Assembly: GCA_035084275.1 (NCBI GenBank)
Contig: CM068754.1
Coordinates: 8,308,001-8,372,000 of the forward strand
From: Hydrolagus colliei
Taxonomy: Eukaryota
Reading direction: 5' to 3'
DNA length: 64,000 nucleotides
Below the pieces are notes generated by a model. It was not told the DNA's origin, searched no databases, and saw only the letters and a program-made list of their open reading frames with translations. Made by a program: the position numbers and the translations under genes. Shown here one piece after another: positions 51,221-64,000 of this stretch (position 1 is the first letter of the stretch; each line of letters begins with the position of its first letter).

Positions 51221-54200
51221 ACTCGCTGTATAAACTCACTTTAGATAAAAACAGAATCCTTGCTTGTGATGAAGCAGTATTATCAAGTCATCAAAATGTC
51301 TCAAAGCGCTTCATAGGATTTACTGTCAAGTGCGGTGACAAATTTTTTTTGGTAGGCATCCTATTTGTACACACAGAATTATAAATTTTATTCAAGGGAT
51401 TGTTGGCCAGGACACCAGGACAAATGCCATTCTCTTTCGGAACAATTCTACACGATCTTAAGACTCTGAACAGACTGGCGAGGACTCAGTTTAGTGTCTA
51501 AAGGACGGCACCCCACATCACCGCACTGGAATATCAAACCAGACTCTTGAAGGGCTACTGGGTACTGATCAGGGGCAAAATCCCTGGCTGTTGCTTCTCC
51601 TCTGTAGTCTATGGGGTGTTGAGGCCATTTGTAGCACCCCACAATTGCTGCCGCAGATGAGATATGATTTCCTGTAATATAGGGAAAGTTTATTTCCAAA
51701 TTAACCTGATTGGCATGGTAAACAAGGGGTGAGTTAACATAGCTCATTAGTATGTTATTCCTAACAACATAATGATTAAAACACTCTATATTTCATTAAG
51801 TTGCTTGTTCCACTTTAGGTAGAACAGAAAAGTCTATGTTCTAATTAACCTAATGAGTATTTGCATATTAGGCCTCTTACCACATTAATTAACACATTAC
51901 TCCCAAAGCACAACAATTATGCTTTGTCAGTGTTGTGGGATAAAAGTGGCATGTTTTAGAATGATTGTGTAAGGAAGCATTTGAATCAGAATGATCTGCA
52001 CAAACAGCCTGTCTTATAGTTACATTTATAGTTACTTTGTAAAGATGTATTTTGAGCCATTAATGAAAATGTCATGGTTACATCGAATGCGCTACTATGT
52101 CAACTATCCAACACTGAACCTTGGTACAAAGTAATATGTGCAGACATCAAAAGAAACAAGCACAGAAGAAGGGACGATAATCACATACAACAACAACAAC
52201 AATTTTGATTTATATAGCGCCCTCCACGCCAGACGGCATCTCAGTGCGCTTCAAATTCAAAGAGTACAAAGAGAAAAAAGATTAGCACTTTAAAAGGGGC
52301 AGCAGTAGCTATTTGAAGACAAGAGTGAGTGAGAAAAATGATGCTAACTCAGTTAAAAAGACTGCAACACTGACATGCAGCAGAAACAGATGCTAACACA
52401 GCAAATGGGGCTGCAATGTCATGTACAGAGAGTATGGGTGAGAAAAACCAGTACAATATAGCAAAAAAGGAAACAACAGCCAGAGAGAGAGAGAGAAAGA
52501 GAGTTAATTGGGCTAATTTAAAATTAACTTTAATAAAATCTCAATTCAGCAAGAAAGGAGATGTGAAGTTGTTTTGGGCAGCACACACTGTTGTAGTTGT
52601 GAATACAAAGGAATGTATGCACTGCTAACTGCAACAACAACAACAACAACAAAATTACATTTGTATAGCGACTTTCACGTTGGGAGGACGCTCCAAGCTG
52701 CCTTGAGCATGGTTTTGTTCCTCAGTGACAGATGACTGAGTTGCTACTGTACAACCGAGCAAGGGAACCAGTACAGAAAGCAGTACAGCAAGCCGGCATC
52801 TACTTCCTGGAATGAACATGACTGAACGAACATACGCTTGGTAATCTTTTATTTGGGTAGTGCAGTGACATGCCTCTTGTTGATTTCAGACTGACTGTCA
52901 ACAGAAATGTATCGTAGGTATCTCACTTGACAATTTGCAGACCATCTCTAACACACTGATGGAAACCACCCACTGAGCCTCTGTCACCTGGAAGATAATC
53001 ACAAATTTGCCGCAATGATTTTCAACTCGAAGAACTGTTGCTATGCTACTTCTATTGTCTGATATTTTTTTCCCTTCTCCCCGAAACAAAATGTTACCTG
53101 TTAATTATCGTTTGACATACATTTCTGATTTCTGCCAACAGGATGACACTGTGACATAATTTCAATAATACAAGAACAAAGGATGTTAGATCGGAATCTA
53201 CTTCTATATCTGTAGCAGTTTCTGTCAGAAGAAAGGAGAACAGCAGAATTAAGATCTCAGAGGTGATGTTGGTGTTTTCCTATTTCTTTACTGCACTAAT
53301 CTGTCAAAAGTGAAACAAGTCTGGAACTCCTCACCACTGCATGTCCAATAACTTCAGTCTATCCAGATTGGAAGGGAGGGAAAGTGACACTATTTCTTAT
53401 AGGCATCGCAAAGCTAGGAAAATAGCTAAAGGAAAATAAATGCTTCAGCAAACTGGGCATCTCAATTCCAGTGATTATGCTGAGTGTTGACTTAAAATTA
53501 TGAACAACATCTCTGGGAACTATTCTATAGAATAGATAGATCGACAGATAGATGAAGAAAGCTAGAGCTGGAGACAAGCGAGCATGCAGAGCGTGTTTTG
53601 CGAAAGTAGTCTTCATTTAAAAGAAATCATAATCCTTTCACTTGACATGGCATGTTGGGAGGCCGTCTCAAAGCATTTCACAAGATTTACTATAAACTAT
53701 AATATTATTATAGTGAACTGTCGTGATTGTATTTTGTATGCAAACACAGCACAGCAATGTGCCACAAACAGCCAGGAAGTGAATGATCAATTTTAACTTG
53801 ATTGTGGCCCTGGAGACCTGGATTTGCTTCAATGTCACATCCAAAGGATTGGCTCCTCCAGCAATCCAAAGCTCCCCCGGCAATGCATTGAAATGCCAGC
53901 TGTGATGGGTGGGTGGTGGCTGGGGGCCTGCGGCATTGTGCCTATTCTTACTTCATAATAACAATACATTATTACATGTAGTAAACCAGATATCTCCATC
54001 ATTGTGATAATTCACGAGAATCTGCTCACCCTTCAATAAATGGGGTCCAAATCAGAAAGTCTAATAAGCATTTTAAAACGTTCCAGTTCTTCAGCTTTCA
54101 AAGTGTCACGTATATTCACTGCACTTACATAATTTCAACTTGTTTTTGTACAACTTGAATAAAATGTTTTGCCATGCAACTTAAAAGGCTTAAAATTATG

Positions 54201-57200
54201 ACAATTTGCTTTTGACAGTTGTTCAATCCAGTTTATTTAAATAGAGAGTCAAAAACACTATCTGCCACTTTAAGCTACACAAGCCTGCATGAAGTAGCTA
54301 GGCAGCACAGTGACAGGGCATTAAAACACCGTGTGAACTGTTGTCCATTGGTCTTGTGTTTCCTAGCAGCTTCATGGGAATTAATGCTTGTTCTTTTGGA
54401 CAGCCATTGACAATTGCAATAGAATAAGAACCGGAAATAGAATAAGTATTGGGTTAAATTTGGAGTAAAAGCCTGTTCAACAGTGTTGTTAAAATGATAG
54501 GTAATGATATTCATTTTGTATCCTATCATTAAAAAGACTAACTGTATTGCACTCTCTGTTGATTGCATTGCCTGGATGGACTCCAGTTTGGTTACTGTAC
54601 TCTTATGAAGAGAAATATAGTTATCAGAAGAAAAAGCTAAAGTAACTAAACATGATTCATTTAATCATATGTCAGTCTGCTTAGTTTGATGCTAGATTAA
54701 CATACAATTGCATATATTTCTATCCTTCAAGTTATTGGAACTTGCCACTAGAGTCCATCATATATTGATTTCTAAAATAGCATCTCTCTGTTGCATCTTT
54801 ACAATTGGATTTTGCAGATTTAATGGAATGAACTTTTAGCAAGCAGCATATAATAGACGCAGGTGAGTCTGCTTTTTTGTTTGTCTGGGTGAGTTTCAGG
54901 AAGTATTCCAATGGCTTCATTTAACTGTACAGTATATAAAGTGAACAACCTTGGGTCAAACCAAACCAAGGGCAGAGACTGAGTTTTGGTTCATTCATGA
55001 AAGAGTTGTGAATTGGACCTGGATTACAGCCTGTTCTCTGCTGGAATTTTAGTGTGCATTTCTGAAATCATTCTGATGTGAACACTTCACAGTAGGATGC
55101 CGTAACATGACAGGTGGAGATAAGGAGATGAGGTTACTTTTAACCAAACATCGGGATTATTGGGTCCCTCATTAATCCCAATCCCACTGGGGCAGGCATG
55201 ATTCTGCAATTGCCTCTGACACTTTCAGTTAATTACTCGGTGAAACACGGGGAAGGAAAGATATGGGGATTGGAAATGGTTTTGTGGCATAGCAGGAAGC
55301 TTTCATCTCACACTTCAGCTAAGGTGCTTTATCTGAGGCATTCTATGGGAGTGAGCAACACAGAACAATGGACAGCTAATTTGAAGTACGCTGTCACGGG
55401 CATAGGCTATAAAATGTCATAGTCTCCGCAGGACTTCAATCTTTCATCTCGATGGGCGCAAAAAACAAATAAAACTACAAAACACACCATTCTCTTTCTT
55501 TCAACATATTATAACATCATAAATATTCTTCTTCTCATTTGTAACAAGAAATTTATAACAAGATTGGCTGCATTTCAAACTGGTCCCTATGGCTCTGTTT
55601 GACACTTACTAAATAACATTACTTATACTGCTAATGTCTGCCAAAGAACATGAGTAATTGTCAGCGAACGATTAGTTTTGATAAGGTCTGCAAAGCTGAG
55701 GAGGTTTGCTCTCAAGAGATTAGGATGAGATGAGAAAACGGGGAATAATTTGGTAGTTTTGGCCACCAATCCACTTCACAGTAATTGTATGAAACCATAT
55801 GTGATATGCCAATTGATAAAGTCCAATAAGCATTAAAACAAGGTTACAAATTTATAAGAAAAGTATTGAAGCAGCAAATTTAGTTCTGACATCATTAATT
55901 TAACAACTGTGTTAGGCGTTGTCATAATTTCATTCACTTCTGTTTCACCTGCCTAAATAATAGTTTGTGCTTTTGTATCTTGAGGGAAAATAATAAATAT
56001 AACATTTTAATCTTTTGAGATACAGTACTTCAAAAAATAATATTACAGTAATACACTTTCTCAGGCCTGCATATATTTTGACTGAATAATTACAAAGTAC
56101 AGTTCCTGCATTGTGAATCTTGCAGAGTTTTCCATATTGGGGTTGTACTGGCACAAGGCGAGTTATCTACTGATGGCTATTTCTATTGAGAAGAGGATCA
56201 GAGGTTCATTGGATGATTTGGGTGAATGGGTTTTCATCATTGGTGCCCTAACCAAGTTTTGGATTCTGGGGTCTATTTCTTTATAACTATGAGAAATTGG
56301 GGGAGGAAGGCTTTTGATGACGTGCATGGGTTGACCTGGTCAAGGCTGAGTTAAAAGCATCACCTGTTCAGATTGACAGACGCCCCCACAGAGACCTGGT
56401 TGACGTGTTAGTTGTTGGTGAGGGGCATTAGTTGGGGAGGAGCTGTTGAGCTGCACTCAGCTGTAGGATGCAGCTTCTCTAGTGCTATGACCAAGAACTG
56501 CGTGAGTGTGCAAGTGGTAAGTGTTCCTTGCACAGATGACAGTAGGTCAAGCGCTGAAAATGTGGCCATGAAGAGAATGGACACAGCATCACTGCTTTTC
56601 TGGTCTAATTTTGAGGAATCCTAGTTTTTTTTTACTGGATTATTACCCCCAAAAGCGATTAGCCAATAGACTAACTGGGTTCCTACTTGTTGCTAGCAAT
56701 CAGAGGCATGTGGAGCAAGGAATCTTGCGTAAATATTTAGAAACGGCGATGTTTAGTGTGGAAACTATTGCATTACAATTTAAACAGCTGTAAGTTCAAG
56801 GCCTTTCAGCAATACATAGATCTCCAAACAATTTGTGTGTGTGTGTGTTTTCAGCTTTTTGCTGATTTTCTGTTTGATTGAGTTTGGAGTGGATTCCAAA
56901 ACAAGCTAAAGTAAAGTATGAAATGAAGGTTGCATCTTGCAGAGCACAAAGAGCATGATATGTAAAGACAAGTAAACAAACAAAACCTGCTCCAAATGCT
57001 ACTAATAAGGGAGGCAAGCTAAGTTCCTTCGTGGTAGGGATAGATCTATGATTGCTTAATTGGCTAGCCAGCACTCCTTCATCTTCGGTTAACATATGCA
57101 GATTTGCGGATTAAAAAAAAAATTATTTAAGGAATCAAGTTAAAAGCACAAAACAACAATCTAAGCATAGCTTCTAAATGCCTAACGATTCATTGAGAGA

Positions 57201-60200
57201 GTGAAAAAAATAAGGAGCAGTCCGAATGCAAACTGAACTGTCGATGCATTTAAAAAAAACGAAAACAAAATATTTACCTAAAATAAATGGTTGTTCCTAT
57301 GGGTCTTGTTGACTATATATAGGATAACACACAAGCTGCAATGTCTCCCTAGGCAGCAACACATCGAGGCGCTGAGACGACATTGCAAACCTCAAGAGTG
57401 AAACTTGAACATTAGATCAATCCCATCTCAAACATGAGAAGTGTTATTGCCTCGGAACACACTCCACAGCGTGTTATCCTTTCCAATGTATACAGTCTCG
57501 CATTGCTACCGTTTTCTGTTCACCGTTTTTCATTTGCTGATCTGCGCTGGTGGTGGAGATATTACTGTGGATTACTATGGATGACAGTGTCCCATAAACA
57601 TACCATATAATTTTGTGAGCAACAATATCTCGACCACATGATTTGACAAGTCTTGATATTGGAGTCTATCTCGTTGAATGATGTAGGGGAATAATATTAG
57701 GTTGTACAAGTTGACGTGCTTGACCCAGGCTTGTTGCTGCAACTAGAGACCTTGGAGCAAATTAACAGTACTCTGCCACTTCTGTATTTATGTTTCGATT
57801 AATTCTCTCCTCGCTTGCATTTCAAAACCTGCTGAATCATTTGCTTGCACAATCATAAGTGACTCACCTCCACAGGACAAGACAATTTCACTTTTATTTT
57901 TTGCTTTATTATGAATAAGAACATGATTGCAGACAGCTTTGCGACTGAGAACACACTAAATTTAAAGGTGCTTTTACAGGATGAATTAGGTCAATTGCAA
58001 TTGGGTTCTATTTAAAATTTGTCTGTTCTAACTTTGCCTCTAATTTTCTGCTCTCACTCCTCCTTTCATGAGTGTATCTCACTGCAGAGAAGGAGGGAGC
58101 CAGGTGGAGGGATTAAGGGAGAAAGTTCCAAAACTTCAGGGCGTAGTAGATGAAAGCAGGTCAGCCAATGGTTGAGTCTTGACTCAATGGACCAGCAGGA
58201 GGTCAGAGCCAGCTGAGTGATGACAGTGGGTAATGGAATGGAGAGAGAGGTCAGAAGGGTAGGGAGGTGTCAGGGCGTGAAGGGATTTCTAGACCCTATC
58301 CACTCACATGCACGTTCATGTGTAATCATGTCATAACATTCAGGTTAGTGATGAAACAGTGGAAACCCACTGAAGATTTCTCCTTCTGAGCTCAGAGATG
58401 CTGCTGGCAATTGTAGCAATCTCTCCCTCTCTCCTCACCAACCTTTGTGTGTCACCGCCATAACCTTGATTTATGTTTTGAACACAGACCAGAGATCAAT
58501 GTGGGGATCAGAGTAGGACCCAATAGCGGATTTGGTGGTGTATGTTTCCCTTTTGGTTCAATTTATTTTCTCTTTTTCTTTATCCTTGCTAGTCAACTAA
58601 AGTGTGAAGGTTCTACTTCAGACTCTACTAATCCTACTCTTGTGTCAGCCACCGCCCAATCCATTCTCTTCCTCCTTACTTTTAATGCCTGTCTCAAGGC
58701 TTACCTTTTTTACTGCAGCTTCTGCCACCTTTCTTCCCCTTCCCCCATCCTCTTGAGCTACCCACCGCAACCCTGATTTGAGAACCCAGTATTTTAAGAT
58801 GTCCTCCCAGCAAGAAAGGTGCTGAACCAATGCAAACTGTATTGTATTGGCAACTGAGTGGAGTGGCAAACCCTGTGAATGGACACTCCATAGCACTGTG
58901 CAAATCACTTCAGTGCTTTCTTGCATTGAATTAGCCTAGGTAAACAAGTTGCTGAATTAATATAGCAATATTAATTGCAATATTAACTCCGCACTTTGTT
59001 TCCTGAAAGTGATAGACGATCACTGTCTTTAAACAGAACAATCAGGTTCCTACTTGCTAAGTAAACCGTGGCATGTGGAGTAAGGAAACTTGCCAACGTT
59101 TCTTTTCTTTCTCAGAAGAAACGTAAAACTGTTGCCACTGGAAAATAAATACCATTGTATGACCAAAATGCCACAGTGGGAAACAAACAACATTTTGTCT
59201 GCAGTGAGGAGAATAGGACTTATCCATCCAGTAACTATGACAATCAGTGCTGGCCGGTGCTAGTCACTTGAGATACAAACTAGTCTGAGAACCAACAGTT
59301 TCAGCTTATAAAAGTGAATGAACATATTTTCCAATGACAATTTTATGTCTTAATTTTTTTTCCATCCATTCTGGCCATCTAACACAATACACCGTTCCCC
59401 TTTGGTAAGGTTCAGTCAACAGTCAACAACCTACCAAACATTGTCTATTATCGCCCAGAGCCAGTTTTGTTTCTCTCCTCTCTGTGGTGAGCCACCCTGG
59501 CTTCGCTCAGTGTACCACCTGGTAGCACAGCCAATAGCAGGGACTTGCCTCCACGTAGAGTACAATCTCTCAATCCTCTCCGACCCACTGTACAGCTGGT
59601 CAGCCGGAATGCTTTTCAGGGCGAGACGGAGGTGGAAACTATTTCAAAACAAGAATGAAATTCAAGAATTTTCCATTCGTAAAGTTATGTTGAATATAAT
59701 CATCATATTTGATATAGTGTCTTTCACATCAAAGAACTTCACAGGATTTATTGTAAAGTGTAGCGACTGTGTATTTTGTTGGCATATTTTTCCAACCAAT
59801 TTTGCGCAGATGAGACTTATGTTGTACGACATAAGCAACCACAGTAAAATCACAAGACAAAAAGCAGTTACATGGCTGAAAGTTGATCTGTGATTTACAT
59901 TGCTGGATGTATCAATATTTTGATCAGTCATTTTGATCAAGGACCCTAAGATGTATGAAGCTGCCCTGCAGTGATAAATTCAATTTTGGCCAAGATTTGG
60001 TTCATTTTTCCCCTTCTTATTGTGGAGGCAATGATGCATGCTTGCGAATGGTACACTGTAAGTGGCCGTTCTTCATGTAGGAACATAGCCACTGTATGGT
60101 GTTCTGGCAACACTATTTTGCTATGGAGGTACATACATCATAAACAAACCTGTATGCATAGAATTAAATAAACAATGCAACAAAGAAACAGACCATTCGG

Positions 60201-61529
60201 CCCAAGTAGTTCATCCTAGTTTTTATACTCCTCACAAGCCCTCTAATCCCCTCTCCCTCGATTCCATTCTCCAGGTTAAACTGAATATCCGGTTTTAAAT
60301 ATATATCTTTACATTGTATCTGTTCAACTAACCTCAGGAATGCCGCTGGAGGAAGTGAATTGACTCTGATAGCACGTGCTCAGAGGACTGTGGCAGTCAG
60401 TCAACATGACAATCTAATGTGTAGGATGTAATATGTCAATTAATGTGACATGTGATGTACAGTGTAATACGTCAGTCAATGTACTGTTTTCTAATATAAT
60501 TCATTTATGATTTCAACATGGGGAGATTATGGAATTTAATTCTTATTTAATATCTAGCTCCACCTTCCCTGACAAAATCTGAGTAGTACAGTCAGAAGGA
60601 TAGAATTGAGAGTGCACCTCTTTTCAGCAAGAATCCTTCAGCAGAATATGTTTATTTTCATATGCTGTACCTAATTTACCATCATTTGACCATCACAGAA
60701 TGAGACCAAAATGAGAGCAACCGCGAGTAAAGAAATGACATTTACCAATTTCTCTGCTTCCCAGTAACAAAAAAAATTAGCAGCTTCATTTAATCTGGTC
60801 AAAAGGCCACAATCATCAACATGCATCAAATGCTAATAATGCAAGAGTGAATCACTGTCACTTTTGGAATTCCACATAGTCTGAGGAACAGCTTTTAGTC
60901 TTGACAAATAATTTAGTGGGCACTGTGGTGTGGAAACATCTTGTTGCTGATTTAGTAGGAGTGAACAGTGGCAAATGACACAAAATTATAGAGCGGTTAG
61001 TATATCAGATTTTATCTTCTTCACTGTTCGCTTCAATTATTTCTTGACTCTCTTAAATCTCCAAGTGTTACTGTAGTGCAGTGTAATAACAATGACCTCT
61101 GTTTGTTGGGACCCTGATTCTCGTTTTTCTGCCATTTGATGGTTTGTATGATTTGAATAAATGCTTTGGCCTGCGGCTTATGACTTTGGTGTTTGATCAG
61201 TGACAGGAACCATTTATTATTGCAGACACCCATTACAAATGGAGGTTATCGCTCTGTTGTCACTTCTATCACGATTAGCGTTCGGCTTCTCATGATATCA
61301 AATCTCCATTGCTGGGATTGGCGATGGATGTATATTGCTGCTTTGCTATTTGACTACTATGTTCCTTGGCCAGAGGTCTTTTTTATTTTTCCCATTAATT
61401 TTTCAACTTCAAATTCCTTCCTTTCTGTCCTGAAGGTGTTCGACTCTTTCCCCCTCTCCATCACCCCAACCAGATTCAGGTTCCCGTGTGTCATTTGCCC
61501 TCCAGTGATTTATCTAAAGAGCCATTATT

Positions 61530-61770
61530 CACTTGTGAGCTTTTACCAGTGAGTGTTGGCAGGCTAATGATCCACTGGGGCATCACAACTGTGCCTGATT
61601 TTGACATGCAGTCCACAACACATACTCCTTGCAGCTGGAGGTCATTGGGTTGCAATCAGGAGTGCGATTCCTGGTTCAATTTTCATTCCCTTTCCTAAGC
61701 ATGTTAACACGTATTGGAGCACCCCAAATGCTACTCAGACTGAAATCAGCTAAATCAACACCAACCTGAT
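61530..61770 (-). mobile_element. AmnSINE2-like ancient SINE
   Basis: gtgagtgttggcaggcta...ggggcatcacaac...caatcaggagtgcgattcctggtt...gaaatcagctaa, the reverse complement of the 20770 type. Confidence 0.55.
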
Positions 61771-62905
61771 ACGCATTCGTGTCTAGCGTGAAAAAGCGCT
61801 ATATCAAATGCAAGGATTATTATGTCACACAAGATCATTAGGTCGTCAGTGGAGCTAGGCCAAAGATCTTAATAAACTTAATACTGTATTGTGGGAGAAA
61901 AATTCAGGCCTCTTGTTTTTTTTACTCTGAACCATTCAATCAGAGAGACCGATTGCTTCTCACACTGCTTGCTACAGATTATGGCTCAAACTCAAGTGAG
62001 TACTGAAATACATAGTGAACTGCACTGTATCTATAGTATTTTCATTCATTTGCGCTGTCATTGAAAAACAGTGAGTCAGACTGAAAATGATTGAAAGAAT
62101 TAACCTGTGTGAAATGATGGAAGTTCAAATATACCCACTGCATTTAAAACATTGCCATTTGCTACACATATATCAATGCAACAGTTGCTGATCTGATGGA
62201 ATAAAATTTCATTGGGGAAACTCCACATAGAGCGTCTACATCAAGCTTTCGTACAATCAGAATCATTGCAGAAATCCTGTAAATAACAACAAAATTACAT
62301 TTGTATAATGCCTTTCACATTGTAAAGTTCAGATATGCTGAAATAAAAGTACACCCAGCAGGGCAAAATGTCTAAAAATGGCAAAAATAATAATATAACC
62401 ACTTAATAACAACAAAACCTGTATAGGATGACTCTAGTACAGAAATACAATAGGTTGTCGCTTTGAATTCATTGCAGGACTACATTAGGAACAGATGCTG
62501 AAATCACCAACACGCAGCTCCAATTCTAATTTTGAGACATATATTGTGCAAGGGTACATTACATCAAAGATTTCTAAGCAAATAACTGTGATTGCCAGTC
62601 AGCCTTAATTTAAGGAAACGTTCTTTCTCTAACTAAATGCAAACTAGGGTCTCTTCAAGAATTTGGCAAACTGAGTGCTGTTCCTGAGAGCTTCCATCAC
62701 ACACATCACTGCATCACTCTCCAGCAAAACTAAAAGTGGAATAAGAATTACTTATGAATATACATTGTGTTTAATACCCTATGTAATAAGTAATTAAAAT
62801 GTACTGTGACTGGACACTTAAGGAACATCCAAGGAAAATTTACAGTTATTAAAATGTAAAGAGCAGTGAAAGAAGTTGCATTTCAGTAACCGGGACTGGA
62901 TGAAG

Positions 62906-63236
62906 GATAATAATAATAATAATACTTGCAATTGATACAGCGCTTTTTACATCTTATCAACATCTCAAAGCGCTTCACAGAATATACTGTAAAGTGAATT
63001 GACTGTATATTTGTGGGCGAAACGCGGCAGCCAATTGTGCACGGCAATGTCCCACAAACAGCTGTGGATTGAAATGACCAATTTTTATTATTGTGTTTAT
63101 TTTTGGATGGATTATTATTAGGCATGTGTGTGGAGAAATGAAACTTGCCCAAGGTTTCACCCTGATCTGCCTGGATTCGAACACAGGTCTCACGCTTGTA
63201 AGGCGAGTGCTCTAACCATTGAGCTACAGGAGCTCC
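62906..63236 (-). mobile_element. Same tRNA-SINE family, full length
   Basis: Reverse complement of the 37944 element, including the head (gagctacagg, ggattcgaac) and (TAA)n tail. Confidence 0.9.
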
Positions 63237-63813
63237 AACAGGATATCTCTTTAAAAATATGGACCTAAAGAAAGATTTTGAAATGATAATAGTAACAATA
63301 CACTGACTTGATATTGCACCTTTTCCACTGTGAGGAAGTTTTAAACCGCTTGACGAGATTTACTGCAATTAAAATGACTATTTTATAGGCAAATGAAAAT
63401 TTTGCTAATTACTGAGCAATCACTGGAAGTATGCAATCAATGTGGAGTTCTTCATGATAAGGCCAATCATGCACCAGGAATGGCTTTAAGAGACATTTGG
63501 CCATTAAATCAAAAGAATAATACTATATTGCAATCTGATATAACTCACTGAAGGTTGTGATTGGGGTATTTTTCCACAGCCGCAGCTATTTGTTAAAACA
63601 AGGGAGGGTTTAGCGAGGAATATCAACTGGTGCCTGCAGGAGCTAAGCATGTCTTGAGAAACCACCACAGGCAGCAAGCTAAGCAACATTCTCAGCCACT
63701 GCAACGGTGATAGATTAACTGAAAAAAGCAGCCAGGAGCTCCAGTATTTAATCTTTTACTGAATTTCATCAGGAATTATTCAGTGAAATAAATAGCTGAA
63801 CTATTTGTTCAAT

Positions 63814-64000
63814 TTAATAATAATCCTTGCATTTTGATATAGCGCTCTTCACATCTTCTAGACGTCTCAAAGTGCTTCACAGAATATACAGTAAAGTGAA
63901 TTGACTATATTTGTGGGTGAAACGCAGTAGCCAATTGCGCACAGCAATGTCCCACAAACAGTCGTGGATTGAAATGACCAATTTTTATTATTGCGTTTTT
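63814..64000 (-). mobile_element. Same tRNA-SINE family, 3' part (runs off window)
   Basis: Near-identical to 62906-63090. Confidence 0.85.

Noticed and set aside
59402-59893. 163 aa ORF and other 60-150 aa ORFs throughout the window
   Set aside because: No domain similarity, often non-ATG starts, and many overlap SINE fragments. Expected by chance.

Overview
Eukaryotic (vertebrate) genomic DNA, not microbial. The repeat content (a tRNA-head/Deu-like/L2-tail SINE family, CR1 and L2 LINE ends) suggests a cartilaginous fish, probably a chimaera such as Callorhinchus; this is inference. The one real protein-coding feature is the ~3 kb large exon of a delta-1 protocadherin, best matching PCDH11, on the minus strand (ATG ~30229, splice donor after 27215). 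A CpG/microsatellite-rich, gapped promoter and 5'UTR region lies at ~30.3-33.9 kb. Bases 1-27214 are intron or short-isoform 3'UTR, and >34 kb is upstream sequence; both are dominated by SINEs, LINE ends and MITEs. The most notable non-obvious items are: (1) three copies of a ~220 bp palindromic element carrying a minimal hammerhead-ribozyme motif of the Penelope type, two with ~14 bp target-site duplications; (2) decayed Ty3/Gypsy pol fossils invisible in the ORF track; (3) no intron at the position where human PCDH11X is split, and a sharp GC/CpG switch inside the exon; (4) a perfect 14 bp inverted repeat in the pcdh11 5' region. All family assignments come from recalled motifs, not database searches.
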